Source of the DNA: Octopus vulgaris
Taxonomy: Eukaryota
Reading direction: 5' to 3'
Assembly (NCBI GenBank): GCA_951406725.2
Contig: OX597840.1
Location: 16,988,001-17,052,000 of the forward strand
DNA: 64,000 bases
Shown here: piece by piece, positions 12,110 through 27,095 of the stretch
Layout: the number at the start of each line of letters is the position of its first letter
Numbering within the stretch: the stretch's first letter is position 1
Position numbers and translations under genes: made by a program
Notes under the pieces: model-generated
Seen by the model: the letters and a program-made list of their open reading frames with translations, nothing else
The model's database searches: none
Told to the model about the DNA's origin: nothing

Positions 12110-14917
12110 GCAGAATGAAACGAAAAGCTAGTTCAAAAAGTTTCGTCGGTCATTTTTAACCGATCAGGAATGTTTCCTTCATTCGATCTACGGAGACGGG
12201 GAGGGAGCGAGAAACTTCTATACATTTACACGTAAAAGATGCGATGAACAACCGGCACCAGTTCATTCGCTGGCGTTGTGGATTAATTAATCGGGGTTCT
12301 GAGACAATGTGCTTCGTGAATAAGTTTGTAAATAAATTTGCACCCTTAATGTTTAGTTTTCAAAAAGTACATCTAGCTTCGCCGTGCAAACGGTCAATTA
12401 AATACGTGCTTATCAAATTTATTTACAAATTTATCCGCAAACACGCCCATGCTGTCGTAGTGGTTTAGTGAAATGTCTGTGTGCGTGTATGAATGGTCAG
12501 GTTGTTTGATAAGGAGATCCACTTTATGATATTCTTTATTTTGAAATTATGTTTATAAACTAGGAAAATATTTCGCTACGTAGTTTCAATGACTAAAATA
12601 AGATTAATTACCGCATTTGATGGCATAAAAAACGCATTAGCGTTTTAGAAGAATCCCAATTTCAGAAATACATATTCAGGAAAAGGAGCTTTTAATATAT
12701 TAAAGCAGGTAATATAGGCGCAACTTCGCATACAGGACCCAGGGTGATTCCTTTGAGACAGTTTTTGATAGGATGGGGGAATAAATGCATTTTATATGCC
12801 ATGAAATACAACAATCTCTGCTTGTTGAAGTCTGTCTTGGGTTTTCATGTTTCCATGTTTGCAGTTGATACTTCAAAATCCGGTTATTTTAGAATAAATA
12901 GCAACGAAACCAAGTATTACCTCAGGAACCAGATATAGTTATTTAAAGAAATGCATGAAGCTCGAGAACCACAGTTTGGTCACCGTTGGAATACATCGTA
13001 CGGATGCCTGCTCTACTGTACTCTTTCCATTGCACTGAATGACAGAGTTAGGTCTGCAGATTAATGTGCTGTTTGGTAAATCTGATGCTGTTACAGTTGC
13101 ACTGAACGGTATTTTACAGACAAGATTGGGCTGAGAGAACGAATGGCTGAGTGAACAGAGATTGTAAGTTCGTATTTGATCATGGACACCGTCTCTTTAA
13201 CCAAGACACTTAGCTTTCAAATAGATTATTTTTATAAAATTTTGATTATGGTTCTGTCAGATGAATTACGGCATCCCCTATGACGTACTTGGCAGAGATT
13301 CTGTAACTGATGAGAACAAGGGAAGTTGTCCCCAGGGTGGAGATATGGCTAGAATACTTGCAATAGAGTAAGCTTCACTCAAGGCACCGAAGGCCAAATG
13401 GTAGTGTTTAACCCGCAATGAGTGAAATCTATCGCCCCTAAACAGAAACTGATCCTCAAACAAGCTCTAATATGTTTTCTGCCGAACAAACCGACGAATT
13501 CACGGACATCAGGTATACTCCTGTGGGCTTTCGGGAGACAGAGATATGTTAGTTGCATAAGAGACTGTACTAGAGATGCATCTTCCTTTGTTATATAGCT
13601 CTACCAAGCAGACTCTTTCCCCTTTAGCAATTCATGTCTAATGTCTATTTACTGAAGGATTCATTAGCGAGAGAAGAGCTGAGATTGTCTAATTTATTGC
13701 TCTAATCAACTTTTCTTACCTATTCTTTCGATTAGCAAAATGTGTGCGCGTGTAGGTACCGTTATTTGTGCCGTTAAAATTGTTCAAAATAAGATTATTT
13801 TTCAGAAAAAAATGTTGTTTGTTCTTGTGCAATACATGTAATCTCCTGAGAAATTAAATTTGTTTTCTTTCTTTTTTCTATTTTCTTTTCGTAAAAATTC
13901 TGTTTGTTTTTGTTCTTGTTTTGGAGAAGCTTTCAGGAAACTATACTATTTACGAGGGGAAGAATTTTCTGTTTTCCTTTCTTTTTTTCCCCCTTTTTTT
14001 TTTTTTGTAAATTATTCTTTTCTCCTAAATAGGGAAAACGAGACACAAAAAATATATTTTTACCTCTGTTCATAGAAGGTCCACGTATTCGCCAAGTGAA
14101 AAGCCAAAATACTAATGGCGAAGCAAAACACATCGGATCCCATTCGGGACAGTACTGCTACTGCTGCTGAACACGGATATTCTAGATAGCATCCAGAAAA
14201 GGGACACCAATTAATTAGCATAAGTTCACCCCCAGATTCATTCCAGCCTCTCGCCCGAATGGATGGTGTCTCCTCCCGTAGCCTTCTCTATATCACTACT
14301 ATAATGCCAGCTGACTGGCATTAAACTTGGGCATTCATGATCCTCCACTCATCTCTCTTCCTCCTATTACCCTTATGTATAATCCCCTCCACTCCCTCGC
14401 TCCTCACTAATCACTATGCCCAATTCTTCCTTCCCAGAGTGCCATCCCCTGAAATTGCTCCCCACATCGTGTTTCCCCCTCAGGTGTTGACTTACAAAGG
14501 TTCACCAAGAACATTAATGGCATCAATCTCACCAAATAACATGGGCACTGCCCTTTGCTCTAAGCCCAGCTAATGACGATGATGATGATGTTGATGATGA
14601 TGATGATGATGACGACGATGATGACGACGATGGTTTCCAATTTTGGCACAAGGCCAGCAATTTTAGGAGAGGAGTAAGTCGATTACATCGACCGCAGTGC
14701 TCAACAGGTACTTGTTTCTATTGGCCCTGAAAAAAAAATGGGAAACAAAGTCGACCTCGATGCTAAGCATTTTATCCGACGCGCTAAAAATACTGCCAGC
14801 TTTTCACCTTAATAATAATAATAATAATAATAACGCTCAAACAATATTAGCATAAACTGTGGAAGAAAACACTCGGCGAGAAACGAAAGAAAATTTGAAG
14901 ATAGAAGGAAAAAAAAC

Positions 14918-14984
<67 letters not shown>

Positions 14985-15769
14985 ACAGTTATATTCATCA
15001 ATGCTAGAATCTACGAATATTATTATCTTTTTCTTGCTCAACATCTGATAAGGTTGAGGAATTGCTATGCAGGTTTTCTAAGACTTAAAGACTAATTCTT
15101 GTTTTAAGAAGCCTTTGCTGCATTTCTCAAATCATGAATTATAAAGAAAATAAGAAATAATAAGTACAAGAACAACAACGATGACAATAGCAACAGCAAT
15201 TACTGCGACGACGATGACAACGACGATGACGATGAGGATTAAGATGATGATGATTTTTTTTTTGCCTTAGAAGAGGCTGATGAGGAAGGGATAGTGCATG
15301 TACAGTTCGTAATTTGTGAGAGGTTTTGCAAAAACAAAAATGGTGAGAAAGGAACCAGGAGACGGGAAGAGATGAGATGAAAAGTATACGGCGCATACAA
15401 AGTAAGAACATATTGACGTTGCAGTCCACTAGATAAAGGAGAGCCTCCAGCTTGGGCCGGTCAAGGAACACCACAGATCCAGAATCACCCTGACCACCAA
15501 GGGTACAAGACCACGTCCTACAGAGAGCATTTCCTTTTCCCCCTTTGCAATAATCATAAAAATAAAAATGATGATGATGATGATCCTTTCTGCTATAGGC
15601 ACAAGGCCTGAAATAATGGGTGAGGATACTAGTCGATTACATTGAACCCGAAATTATGAATGGCAAAGTCAACCTCGGCGGAATTTGAACTCGAACATAA
15701 AAAAGACGGGCGAAATACCGCTATGCATTTTGCTAGGCATGGCAACAATTCTGCCAGCTCGCCGCCTTC

Positions 15770-15884
<115 letters not shown>

Positions 15885-15944
15885 AAGAAGAAGAAGAAGA
15901 AGAAGAAGAAGAAGAAGAAGAAGGAAGAGGAGGAGGAGGCAAAT

Positions 15945-16515
15945 TGTCTCAGAAAGAAGACAAGGGAAGGTATGAATGACAATGTGACCGGAATGGTTCA
16001 CTGGGAACTATGTAACAAGTTTGAATCGGAAAAGGCAAGAAAATGGTGTGAACTTAAGCCAAGTGTGTTGTTGAAAAAATTGATAGAGAAAGATACTTTG
16101 AGACTTCGTAATCCAATGTGATCATAGAAGCGAACATCGGGAAAACTGATATTCTGCTGGTAGACAAAGGAGAAGAATCGCGTCTGTTGATAGATATCGC
16201 TTGCCCTGGAGACAAGAGAATCATTGAAACAGGAGAAACATTGACTGGAGACATCAAAAAGCTATAAGTCAATGGAAAAAGTGTATATTGTGCCAATAAT
16301 TGATGGTGCTCTGGGTAAAATGACAAAGAAACTTTAAATAGTTGAGAAAGATAGGCAGAAAATGAAAATAGAGAACATATAGAAAGCTGCATTACTTGGG
16401 GGTGCAAGGAGGCCCCACAAAGTCCTCGACACTTGAAGAGGATCTTTAACCTTCAGTTCAGTGAAGTGAACAGCTGGTACATTAATGACACCTCCAGCAA
16501 CAAGATAAGTTAGAT
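15945..16515 (+). mobile_element. Old R4/Dong-like LINE 3' fragment
   Basis: RMND.VTGMVHWELCNKF and LIDIACPGD motifs; follows (TAA)n(GAA)n. Confidence 0.7.
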
Positions 16516-16521
16516 AAAATA

Positions 16522-16925
16522 ATCCTTTCTACTATAGTCACAAGGTCTCAAATTTTGCAGGGAGGGGGTGGGGCTAGTCGATTATAGCGACCCCAGTGTT
16601 TCACTGGTATCTATTTCATAGACTCAGAAAGGATGAAAGCAAAGTCGGCCTCGGCGAAATTTGAACTCAAAACGTAGCGGCAGGCGAAATACCTATTTCT
16701 TTACTACCCACAAGGGGCCAAACACAGAGAGGACAAACAAGGATAGACAAACGGATTAAGCCGATTACATCGACACCAGTGCGTAACTGGTACTTATTTA
16801 GTCGACCCCGAAAGGATGAAGGCAAAGTGGACCTCGGCGGAATTTGAACTCAGAACGTATCGGCAGGCGAAATACCTCTAAGCTTTTCGCCCAGCTTGCT
16901 AACGTTTCTGCCAGCTCGCCACCTT
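16522..16925 (-). mobile_element. SINE family A (dimeric form)
   Basis: Same architecture as 3870-4262 and 38039-38400. Confidence 0.75.
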
Positions 16926-16926
16926 A

Positions 16927-17048
<122 letters not shown>

Positions 17049-17357
17049 AAGAAGAAGAAGAAGAAGAAGAGACGCATGGCCTAGTTGTTACAGCACTGAA
17101 ATCGTGAGATTTTGGTTTCAATTCCTAGACCGGGTGGTTCTTCGTGTTCTTGAGCAAAACACTCCATCTCACGTTGCTCTGCAATCCCTTCAACACCTGA
17201 CGCGTGGCACACTGTGCCTCAGTTCAAGAAACGTCGATTTGATGGAAAGACTGAGCTAATACGCGGCACAAACAGATGATCACTATGAGCCAATCATTTG
17301 TGCAGATCGTTTGGCAAAAATCTGAACACCTACACGTCTTCGACTGGGGAGTCCATC

Positions 17358-17425
<68 letters not shown>

Positions 17426-17427
<2 letters not shown>

Positions 17428-19030
17428 GATAGAAACATCAAACGTTTACCTTGACCAGCAGAATGTCATAAAAGAGTTAGACCCAGCGGAGAGCTACAAG
17501 TACCTAGGGGTAATTGAAGGGGACGGAATAAGGCATTCAGTGATGAAGGAAAGGATCAGGAGGGAATGTTATCGCAGAGTAAGAGCAATACTCAAGACAG
17601 AGCTGAATGCGAGAAACAGGATCGAAGCGATCAATGCTTTAGCCATATCAGTCGTGACTTACAGTTTCAATATCGTTAACTGGTCAATTACTGAAATATG
17701 TAATCTTGACAGAAAAATACGAAAACTGTTGACAATGCATAGAATGCACCACCCTAAGGCAGATACAGAACGACTTTATCTGCCAAGAAAAGAGGGAGGC
17801 CGTGGACTTTTACAACTGGCAATAACAATGAAGATTGCTACAATTGGCCTAGACACCTACCTGAAAAACTCTGAGGATTGGATGTTAAAACTTGTCTCAA
17901 AACATGAAAACAATAAAGCATCATACTCAGTAACAAAACAGGCAAAGGAATATCTAAGTGAATTCCGAATACAACAAATTTCAGAATTAGACATACAAGA
18001 AATAAGCACAGAAAAAGCTAAGCGCATGAAAACCCGTGCTAAAACTGCTGCCTTAGATATTCTGAATGATAAATGGCGAGAAAAACCTCTCAATGGCAAA
18101 TACCCAGAGAGCGAATAATGCAAATGTTGACAAAGCCCTGATCCATCAATGGCTAATGGCCTCTGGCTTAAAATCTGAAACAGAGGGGTTTATCATAGCA
18201 GCTCACGATCAGTGCCTACCTACAAGGAACTACCAGGCCGACATATTAAAGAACGGCAGTATCCCAACATGTCGTGTATGTCAACAACGAAATGAAACCA
18301 TTGATCATGTTGTCTCCATGTGCAGTCTTCTTGCTCCTACAGAGTATTTCAACAGGCATGATAGAGCAGCACAGTATATTCACTGGGTAATTTGCAAAAG
18401 CTTGGACTTGCCCCATGAAAAAAAACTGGTGGGAACACAAACCACCTCCAGTGCTTGAAAATGACAACATCTCACTCCTCTGGAACTTCACCATTCAAAC
18501 TGACAGAAAGATAGATGCAAATAGGCCAGACATCATATTGAAAGACTTCAGACAAAGAACATGCCTCCTCATTGATATGACTGTCCCAATCGATATAAAC
18601 GTATCTGTCAAGACCTACCAAAAACTGAGCAAATATAAAGATCTGGAAATAGAAATCAGAAAAATGTGGAACCTGAAGACTAGAACAATACCTGTTGTCA
18701 TAGGTGCCCTGGGAATGATAGCAAAAGCGGCTGATTGCAACCTAACTCAGATACCAGGAAACCCCAAAATGGCAGAAATTCAAAAGATAGTGCTCGTGGG
18801 AACTGCTCATATCCTACGCAAAATACTTTCTATGTAATCTCAAGTTTTAAAACAAACATAATTTTCGTATGTTTTTTTAGGCATTCACTAGTACAACACT
18901 AAGTACAAAACCAAATATATGGCACCCTAAGCATAACACCAACACGAACTTCCAACCTGTTGTCTCTTGAGGTCTCTGGGTGAGACTTGGTGCCAGCTTG
19001 TGCAAATGTAAAGCAACAGTCAAACATGGA
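17426..19030 (+). mobile_element. 5'-truncated R4/Dong-like non-LTR retrotransposon, relatively young
   Basis: YKYLGV, HHPKADTERLYLPRKEGGRGL, CRVC..ETIDHVVSMC..RHD, NRPDII..IDMTVP..KLSKY motifs; two frameshifts (~18110, ~18420); (TAA)n on both sides. Confidence 0.9.
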
Positions 19031-19046
19031 ATAATAATAATAATAA

Positions 19047-19119
<73 letters not shown>

Positions 19120-19214
19120 GTAATAATAATAATAATAATAGTGTTATCATGTACATTGTTTTGTCTTGGTATAAAAGATGGGCTACAGCAAATATTCTGC
19201 TCAATACCACAGAT

Positions 19215-19770
19215 ATGCCCTGATGCAGTACCAGGCAGTGGCTCTCATGGCTTCTGATCTTAACTGATTGGAAGTGTTATCATGTACATTGTTTTGTCTT
19301 GGTATAAAAGATGGGCTACAGCAAATATTCTGCTCAATACCACAGATTTGCTTGTCAATTGTTTGACCTTAACCAGTTGAGCATGTCCCTTAGTGGCTGA
19401 CGATATGTGCATCTCTGATCACGAGCAGAAGTAGTGGGGGAGCATCATAGCCATGTGTTGAGAGGGATTCTTTGGGGTTTGAATAATTCACCTCTGGAAA
19501 CATGGGTGTTTCGTTCAACATCCTTAAACAACCCTTATTCAGAGACCTTTCGAGTGGGATGGGTTACTCGACCTGAAGAAATTTCTAACTGGGCCCCACC
19601 TGCAAGGTCATGTGCTGTTTATCTTGATATGAGATCACCATGTCGCGCACATATGGTTGTGATGCATGTGCCTAGTGTACCCTTATCAGACGGGTAGTCA
19701 TGATGGGTATATTGGGCTTCATATATTTTACCCCAGTGTCACTTTGATGGCATGAACTGCTCTCTCACTC
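19215..19770 (+). mobile_element. ~560-bp TAA-associated retroposon, copy 3
   Basis: Near-identical to 6459-7014; preceded by a duplicated internal segment at 19140-19214. Confidence 0.75.
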
Positions 19771-20365
<595 letters not shown>

Positions 20366-20402
20366 AATAATAATAATAATAATAATGATGATGATGATGA
20401 TA

Positions 20403-20461
<59 letters not shown>

Positions 20462-22356
20462 GGTGGTGGTGGAGGTGGTGATGATGATGATGATGATGAT
20501 AGCGGTGGTGGTGGTGGTGATCGTGGTGGTGGTGGTGGCGGTGGAGGTGGTGATGGTGACGGCGGTGGTTTTTTTGCATATTTGTATATAATTCAAATTT
20601 CACTCAATTTTCTTTTCCAGCTTATAACCGAGGAGAAGCGGGAGATAGTCCTGTAAGTATTGAATTTTCATAACTCTAGCATTTTCTACAGATATTAGAA
20701 AAGTCATAAACATCACAACCATTCATTTTTTACAAAAAAAATATATAAATATCATGACAATATCATAAAAATTATTTCCCTCGGGATCTTAAGCTGTCTA
20801 GCATTGCCTTTAGATGCATATTTCACAGCCGTTGAGCCACGGTCGTCGTCGTGTGCCAGCTGTGAACGGAATAGTAAAGGTGAGGTAGTTACATAAGTCA
20901 TGTAACAATCCTTAATGAAAATTGCACATTTAATTATGAGAAAATATATCATGTTAAAAGAATGCAAGGGAAGCAATCCTGAAATTTGAATGAATTAAAA
21001 TTATCAGAACGCAGTAAAAAGTGATTCCGACCTTTAACACTTAAGTTTCGGTTTTATTAGGCCACATCAGCGAAGCGCTGTTTCACTGATTTTCTTCACC
21101 TTGGAACTACAGGAGAAGTGGCATAGGATTACAATGCGGGATGAGTAGATGCGTATATGTGATGATCAGAAGTAATATACTAAGGGATGTTTGCTTCAGT
21201 GTATATGTACTGATATATATATATCAGTACATGTGGGTATATTTATATTATATTCTCTCTATGTATGAATGCAAGTATGTATATATGTATATGTGCATGT
21301 ATGTATGTATGCATGTATGCGTACATACATACTTGTATGCATACATACATTCATGTATGTATACACCTACATAAATTTACACCTATATAAATGCATTCAT
21401 GCATACTTACATGAATGCATGCATACATACATGCATGTATGCATTCATGCATGTATGTATGCATGTATCTATTTATATAGGTGTAACTTGAAATGGCAGC
21501 GCGAAAGTGCGATAAAAATAAAGGGAGATTACGAGAAAAACGAAAAGAAACACTAATGAACGGAGGAAGTATGCTGAACCCCTCGTCAGTTGTCAAGCAG
21601 GCAAATGTCATAATAATTTCAACATATATACATACATACATACATACATACATACATACATACATACATACATACATACATACATGCATATATATGAGTG
21701 GCGAGCGTTGTAAAACAGGTAATGAACGGTCAGTAGCATTGCGGTATGTATAACAAATAGTTTAATTTATTTCTAAAAATTTAACTCGCTTCCATTTAAG
21801 CTTGGTCTTCACCTGTAGTCAAGAACTGATGGCTATTTCGTTGGAATTTCTGTATGTATTCCTATATTCGTAACCCATTACAAATTCTTCAGAGGAATGG
21901 TTTATTCGTAGTAATAAATTTCCGATTTTTTCCTCTGATTTCCCAATAGCTTTAGACTCTTTAATCTGAGCTTTCATCTATTTTTATTGTATATTGTGTT
22001 GTTTAGTGTTACCGGCCTGGTTGGAAACTATCCAAGGTTATGGGGGAATACATCGAATGCAATCAATTTCGATTTATCTATCGGTTTTTAACTCATTCTT
22101 TTATTATTGTTATTATTATTATTATTTTGTTTGTTTTTGTTTTAGCGTTACATTATTTTAGTTGATTAGTGAAAGAAAAAGAAAAACAATTACTTGCTTG
22201 GAAGACTTATCTCCCTTTAACATGAAACCTACTCCGTTATATGTTGGAAGTTTATGCAATGGAGAGCGTAGTTAAGTCATACATGCGAGTTGAAGTATTG
22301 TGTTATATAGGTTAAAATGAACAGGATATGCAATCGGGGATACTACACACGCGCAA

Positions 22357-22395
<39 letters not shown>

Positions 22396-22471
22396 CAGTC
22401 AATCAAATCCGAAAGAGAAGCACTCTCTAAGTTATAAAGTAATTAGATAAAGATGCCTATGGTCGGTCTAC

Positions 22472-22532
22472 GGGGTTACCTTGGTTTTCACATCCATAAA
22501 ACGCTTAGCTTTACGGCGTTTCTTCAGACCTC
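22472..22532 (-). ncRNA. Type I hammerhead motif in a short Penelope-like remnant
   Basis: Reverse complement reads GAGGU-CUGAAGA-AACGCCGUAAAG CUAAGCG UUUUAUGGAUGU-GAAA-ACCAAGG-UA-ACCCC; homologous to the 1318 and 58099 motifs. Confidence 0.65.
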
Positions 22533-22633
22533 TAAAGGCTGGTGGCCTCTGATCTCTCTTCTCTATGACATACATAAGAGAAGTCAGAGACCAACAGCCA
22601 TTAGGGTCCGAAGACCAGTTATAGGTATCTTTG

Positions 22634-22664
<31 letters not shown>

Positions 22665-22717
22665 TGCGCGCATGCACACACACACCCACTGTGTGCATTA
22701 TGTGCATAATGCACACT

Positions 22718-23575
22718 TACTGTATGTGTTCAGTAAGTATTCGAACTGTTGCCATAATAACGAAGCTAAAGCACCCAAAATGAGGCCGCTTGGCACAGAT
22801 TGATCTTGAACTCTACTGTTCACGTGCACTAAGTTTTAACGTTCTAGCTCACTTCCACCGTTTACAGCATTGCTTGGAAGGAAGGTGTGTAACGTGTGAT
22901 CGTCTCATTGACCACGACAGACAAAGCTGAGCAGAGATTCTGCATCAAAATTTGCCAAAAGCTTGGCGATACCTGCTCAGAGGCCCATGCGAAGATTTCA
23001 AAAAGTTTTCATCGTTCTTGGCACATTCAAGGAGATCTTGTGCAACTAAAACCTGAATGTCTTGTTGGTCAGCTGAACACAGTTCTGGCACAAACTTGGC
23101 AGACACGTGTCTCATACCCAAATCTTCAGTGATGATGGACTGAACTGAACCGTAACTAATCGGCACATCCTCTGATTGCTACCGGATGGTGATTTGACGA
23201 TTTCTTCTCACAGCTACATGCATATCTGCGATGATTTTCTGTTCTGCTGGTTAGCGGTCTCCTAGAACGTTCGTCAATATCGACATTTTTTCGGCCCTCT
23301 TGGAAACGTTTGACCCATTCGTACATTTGCTTGCGGTTCATGCACTCCTCTCCATGCACTCTCTGCAACATTGCGTAGGCCTCTGAGCAGGTATTGCATT
23401 GTCAATGCGATGATCACACGCTACACACCTTCCTTCTAAGCACTGCTGTAAACAGCGGAAGTGAGCAAGAACGTTAAAACTTAATGCACGTGCACAGCAG
23501 AGTTCAAGGTCAATCTTTGCCGAGCGGCTTCACTCCTATGGCAACAGTCCGGATACTTATTGATCAGATCTCGTA
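22718..23575. mobile_element. Non-autonomous mariner derivative with two inverted 5' ends
   Basis: Left arm encodes EQRFCIKICQKLGDTCSEA. The - strand encodes MLQRVHGEECM..YEWVKRFQEGR..DERSRRP and ISYGSVQSIITEDLGMRHVSAKFVP. Long inverted arms; TA ends. Confidence 0.8.
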
Positions 23576-23848
23576 TACATGCATGCGTGTGTGATTGGGT
23601 CTCCTCTGTTTTGTAGAGAGAAAAAGAGGATAAGGTGAAGAGGGAGGCGAGAGGAGGGAGAGAGATGATGATGATGGTTATGGTAGAGATGGAAGTGGTG
23701 AAGTTGGTGATGGTGAAAGTGGTGGTGGTGGCGTTGGTGGTGATGGTGGTAGTGGTGGTGGTGGTGGTGATGGTGGTGGTGGTAGTAGTGATTGGATAGT
23801 GAAAAGTGTGTTCATTTAAATTGAACTAAGTTTTATATATATATATAT

Positions 23849-24977
23849 ACTAGCATTATGACCCGTCGTTGACGGGTCATAGTGCTAGTGCATGTATATA
23901 TGTGTATATATATGTGTACATATTACATGTACATCAACACATAAAATACAAAATACAAAGTTATATCTTGATATCGCTAGTGATAACAATACTCAAAATA
24001 TATAACAGACTGGAATTGTAGGCCAGTCTCTTGCAATTTCGATCAATTGTATCTTGTCCTCCCTCTTGTATAGAAGTGTGGCTACAATCCAGCCTACCTC
24101 TACTTCAGGGGGGACATTTTAAATTTTTATCCGGGACGTCCTACGTCCCAGATATAAAGGTAAAAATAAAATATTTCCACTTTGCAAGGTTCGAGTCAAG
24201 TATTTTTATTTTATTTTTAATTTATTCCCATTCATGTGAAACCACGTATTCAAGTTCAAGTCATTGATGCAATTTTATACCAATTGCTATTTTTACTTTT
24301 AATTGTTATGTTACGATTTAATTTAGTTTGATTTTAATTATTACTTACTACATATAATTCAATTGTTATTATTATCTCTAATTTTTATTGTTAAAGTGAA
24401 AGTATCTGACATAGAATATAGAAATATTTTTGTTTCACTTTTAACACGTAATACTGAAATAGTGGAGAAGATATGATATTGCTATGGGCTCGCCCTAGGC
24501 AAGAAGTTGAACATTTTTTTGCCCATAAAACTACATGGACCCTAAGTAAGGCATGTGTAAAATTATATATATATATATATATATCACTTTTCACTTAACG
24601 CATGCGCATAATTGCAATTCCGGGAAATATTCACGCTTATTTACGTGGAAGATATATGCAGTATAACTAAAGGTTGTATCATGTACGGGATTTTTTTCTT
24701 TTTTTTTTTGTTTGTTTGTGGGATAAATTGGAAAATAAGAGTGAATATTTAACTTATGAGTGCTGTGTCTATAAAATTGTGCATAAAGTATATAAAGTGC
24801 ATTAAGGAATCATCGTATTCCAATTGCTTTTCACTTTTCAATGAGCAGCAAACGAGGGACAATCTGTCGATAGAGACATGATGCAGGATACACTTTCAGG
24901 CTTTTTAGTTAAAGTTTTCAGAAATAACCCAATAAGTTTAACGTTAATTCCGTGAAATATTCACGGGTTCGTCTAGT
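23849..24977. mobile_element. Helitron-like non-autonomous element(s)
   Basis: 3' hairpin CCGTGAA-ATA-TTCACGG (24950-24966) followed by CTAG|T at 24973-24977; a CTAG-bounded palindrome at 23849-23889. Confidence 0.5.
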
Positions 24978-25329
24978 ATTACACAATAGTGTTATATTTA
25001 TTTCATCTTAGAATTTATATAAATATAAATATAAATATATATATTCTCTTCTTCTTTTCCAGTACACCACTACCAAGATCAACGTATGAAAGGGTTTTTG
25101 CCATGAAAAATAGCGACGCGGGGGACAACGGGTGTCTGGACAGAACGCCATATTTGATTATGTGATTATGGACAACGTACCACCATTGGCGAGCAGACGA
25201 CACAGAATGCCGTTGACTGTTAGGATTACACACGTGCGCGCGCACACACACATCCACACACACAAACATATTCATGCACACAAACACACACGACATATCC
25301 GCATGCATATACATATACTTGCAATCATA

Positions 25330-25420
25330 TACGCACACTGACAAATACACACATGCAAAAAATATATACATGCATATATTGTGCATGCATGAATATATAT
25401 ATGCATGCATCTATGTATGA

Positions 25421-25462
<42 letters not shown>

Positions 25463-25615
25463 GCATGTATGCATGAGTATATATATACATATATATATAT
25501 GCATGTATGTATGAACACGCACATACACACACATATATATATATATACACGCATGAATGTATATATATATATGTTTGTATGTATGTATAAATGTATAAAT
25601 ACATATACGTATGAA

Positions 25616-25657
<42 letters not shown>

Positions 25658-25877
25658 CATATATATATATATATATACATATATATGAATATGTACATAT
25701 ATATGTATATTCATATATATGCATATATGTGTGTGTATCTATATATATATATACATCCACAAACACACATATATATATATATATAAATACATATATACAT
25801 ACACACACATGCATATATATATATATGCATGTATGTGTATGTATATATGAATACATATATACATACACATACATGCC

Positions 25878-25914
<37 letters not shown>

Positions 25915-25971
25915 AAATATTTATATATATATGTATATATGTATATATATATACATATATATATGTATGAG

Positions 25972-26037
<66 letters not shown>

Positions 26038-26051
26038 TATATATATGTATG

Positions 26052-26082
<31 letters not shown>

Positions 26083-26090
26083 ATTTCGTA
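25330..26090. repeat. Compound (TA)n/(CA)n/(TATG)n microsatellite
   Basis: Directly visible; source of many spurious Y/I-rich ORFs. Confidence 0.95.
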
Positions 26091-26228
26091 TCTGGCACTG
26101 TCCTGTGAACCTTGATACATTATAAGCACACAGACTCTCCCATACGCACACATATTTATATATAAATATGTTCTCTCATTTCTTTCTCTGCTGTCTATTT
26201 CTACTTTTTTCTTGTACCTCTACTTTTT

Positions 26229-26285
<57 letters not shown>

Positions 26286-26513
26286 GTCTTTATCTATCTA
26301 TCTTTCTATTTATCTGTCTGTCTGTCTGTCTGTTTTTCTTGTCTGTCAGATGTCTGTCAATCTACATTTGCGATTCGCCACATTCTTCTCGTCTTTACAT
26401 CATTTCATACTTCTTCTTTCTCTTCTTTTTTTTCTTCTCTCTCTTCTTTCTCTTCTACTTCTCTGATCTATTTTTCTTCCCTTCCTTCTCCTCTCCTCTT
26501 CTCCTCCTTCTTA

Positions 26514-26576
<63 letters not shown>

Positions 26577-26696
26577 CTGTTCATGTTTTCTAGCCTCTCT
26601 TCTCTCACCCGCACCTCATGCGCCCTTGCGCCCTGTTCTCGCCTCCAGTTCCCTCTTTTGTCCCCAATTTCCCTTCTTCGTTTTCTTTTCCTCCAG

Positions 26697-26750
<54 letters not shown>

Positions 26751-26778
26751 TTCAGTTGCTATCTCTCTGTCAGTTACG

Positions 26779-26809
<31 letters not shown>

Positions 26810-27031
26810 GCAGTCGCTTTCTCTCGCTGTTGTTCTCTCTCCTTCTCTGTCCTTTCTCTCTCTTCCACTGTCTGCAAACCTCTCTCTCTCCTCCTCCCCC
26901 CTCTCTCTCTCACCTCAAGATCTCTTCATCTCTGAACAAGAAATTCCCGCCCCCGCACCCCACCCATTCCTACAATTTATTCATTCATTTGTATTTATTA
27001 TTATTATTATTATTAATATTATTATTATTAC

Positions 27032-27095
<64 letters not shown>

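Noticed and set aside
13300-13345. CTGATGA followed by a short stem
   Set aside because: No GAAA or stem III/I; chance occurrence.
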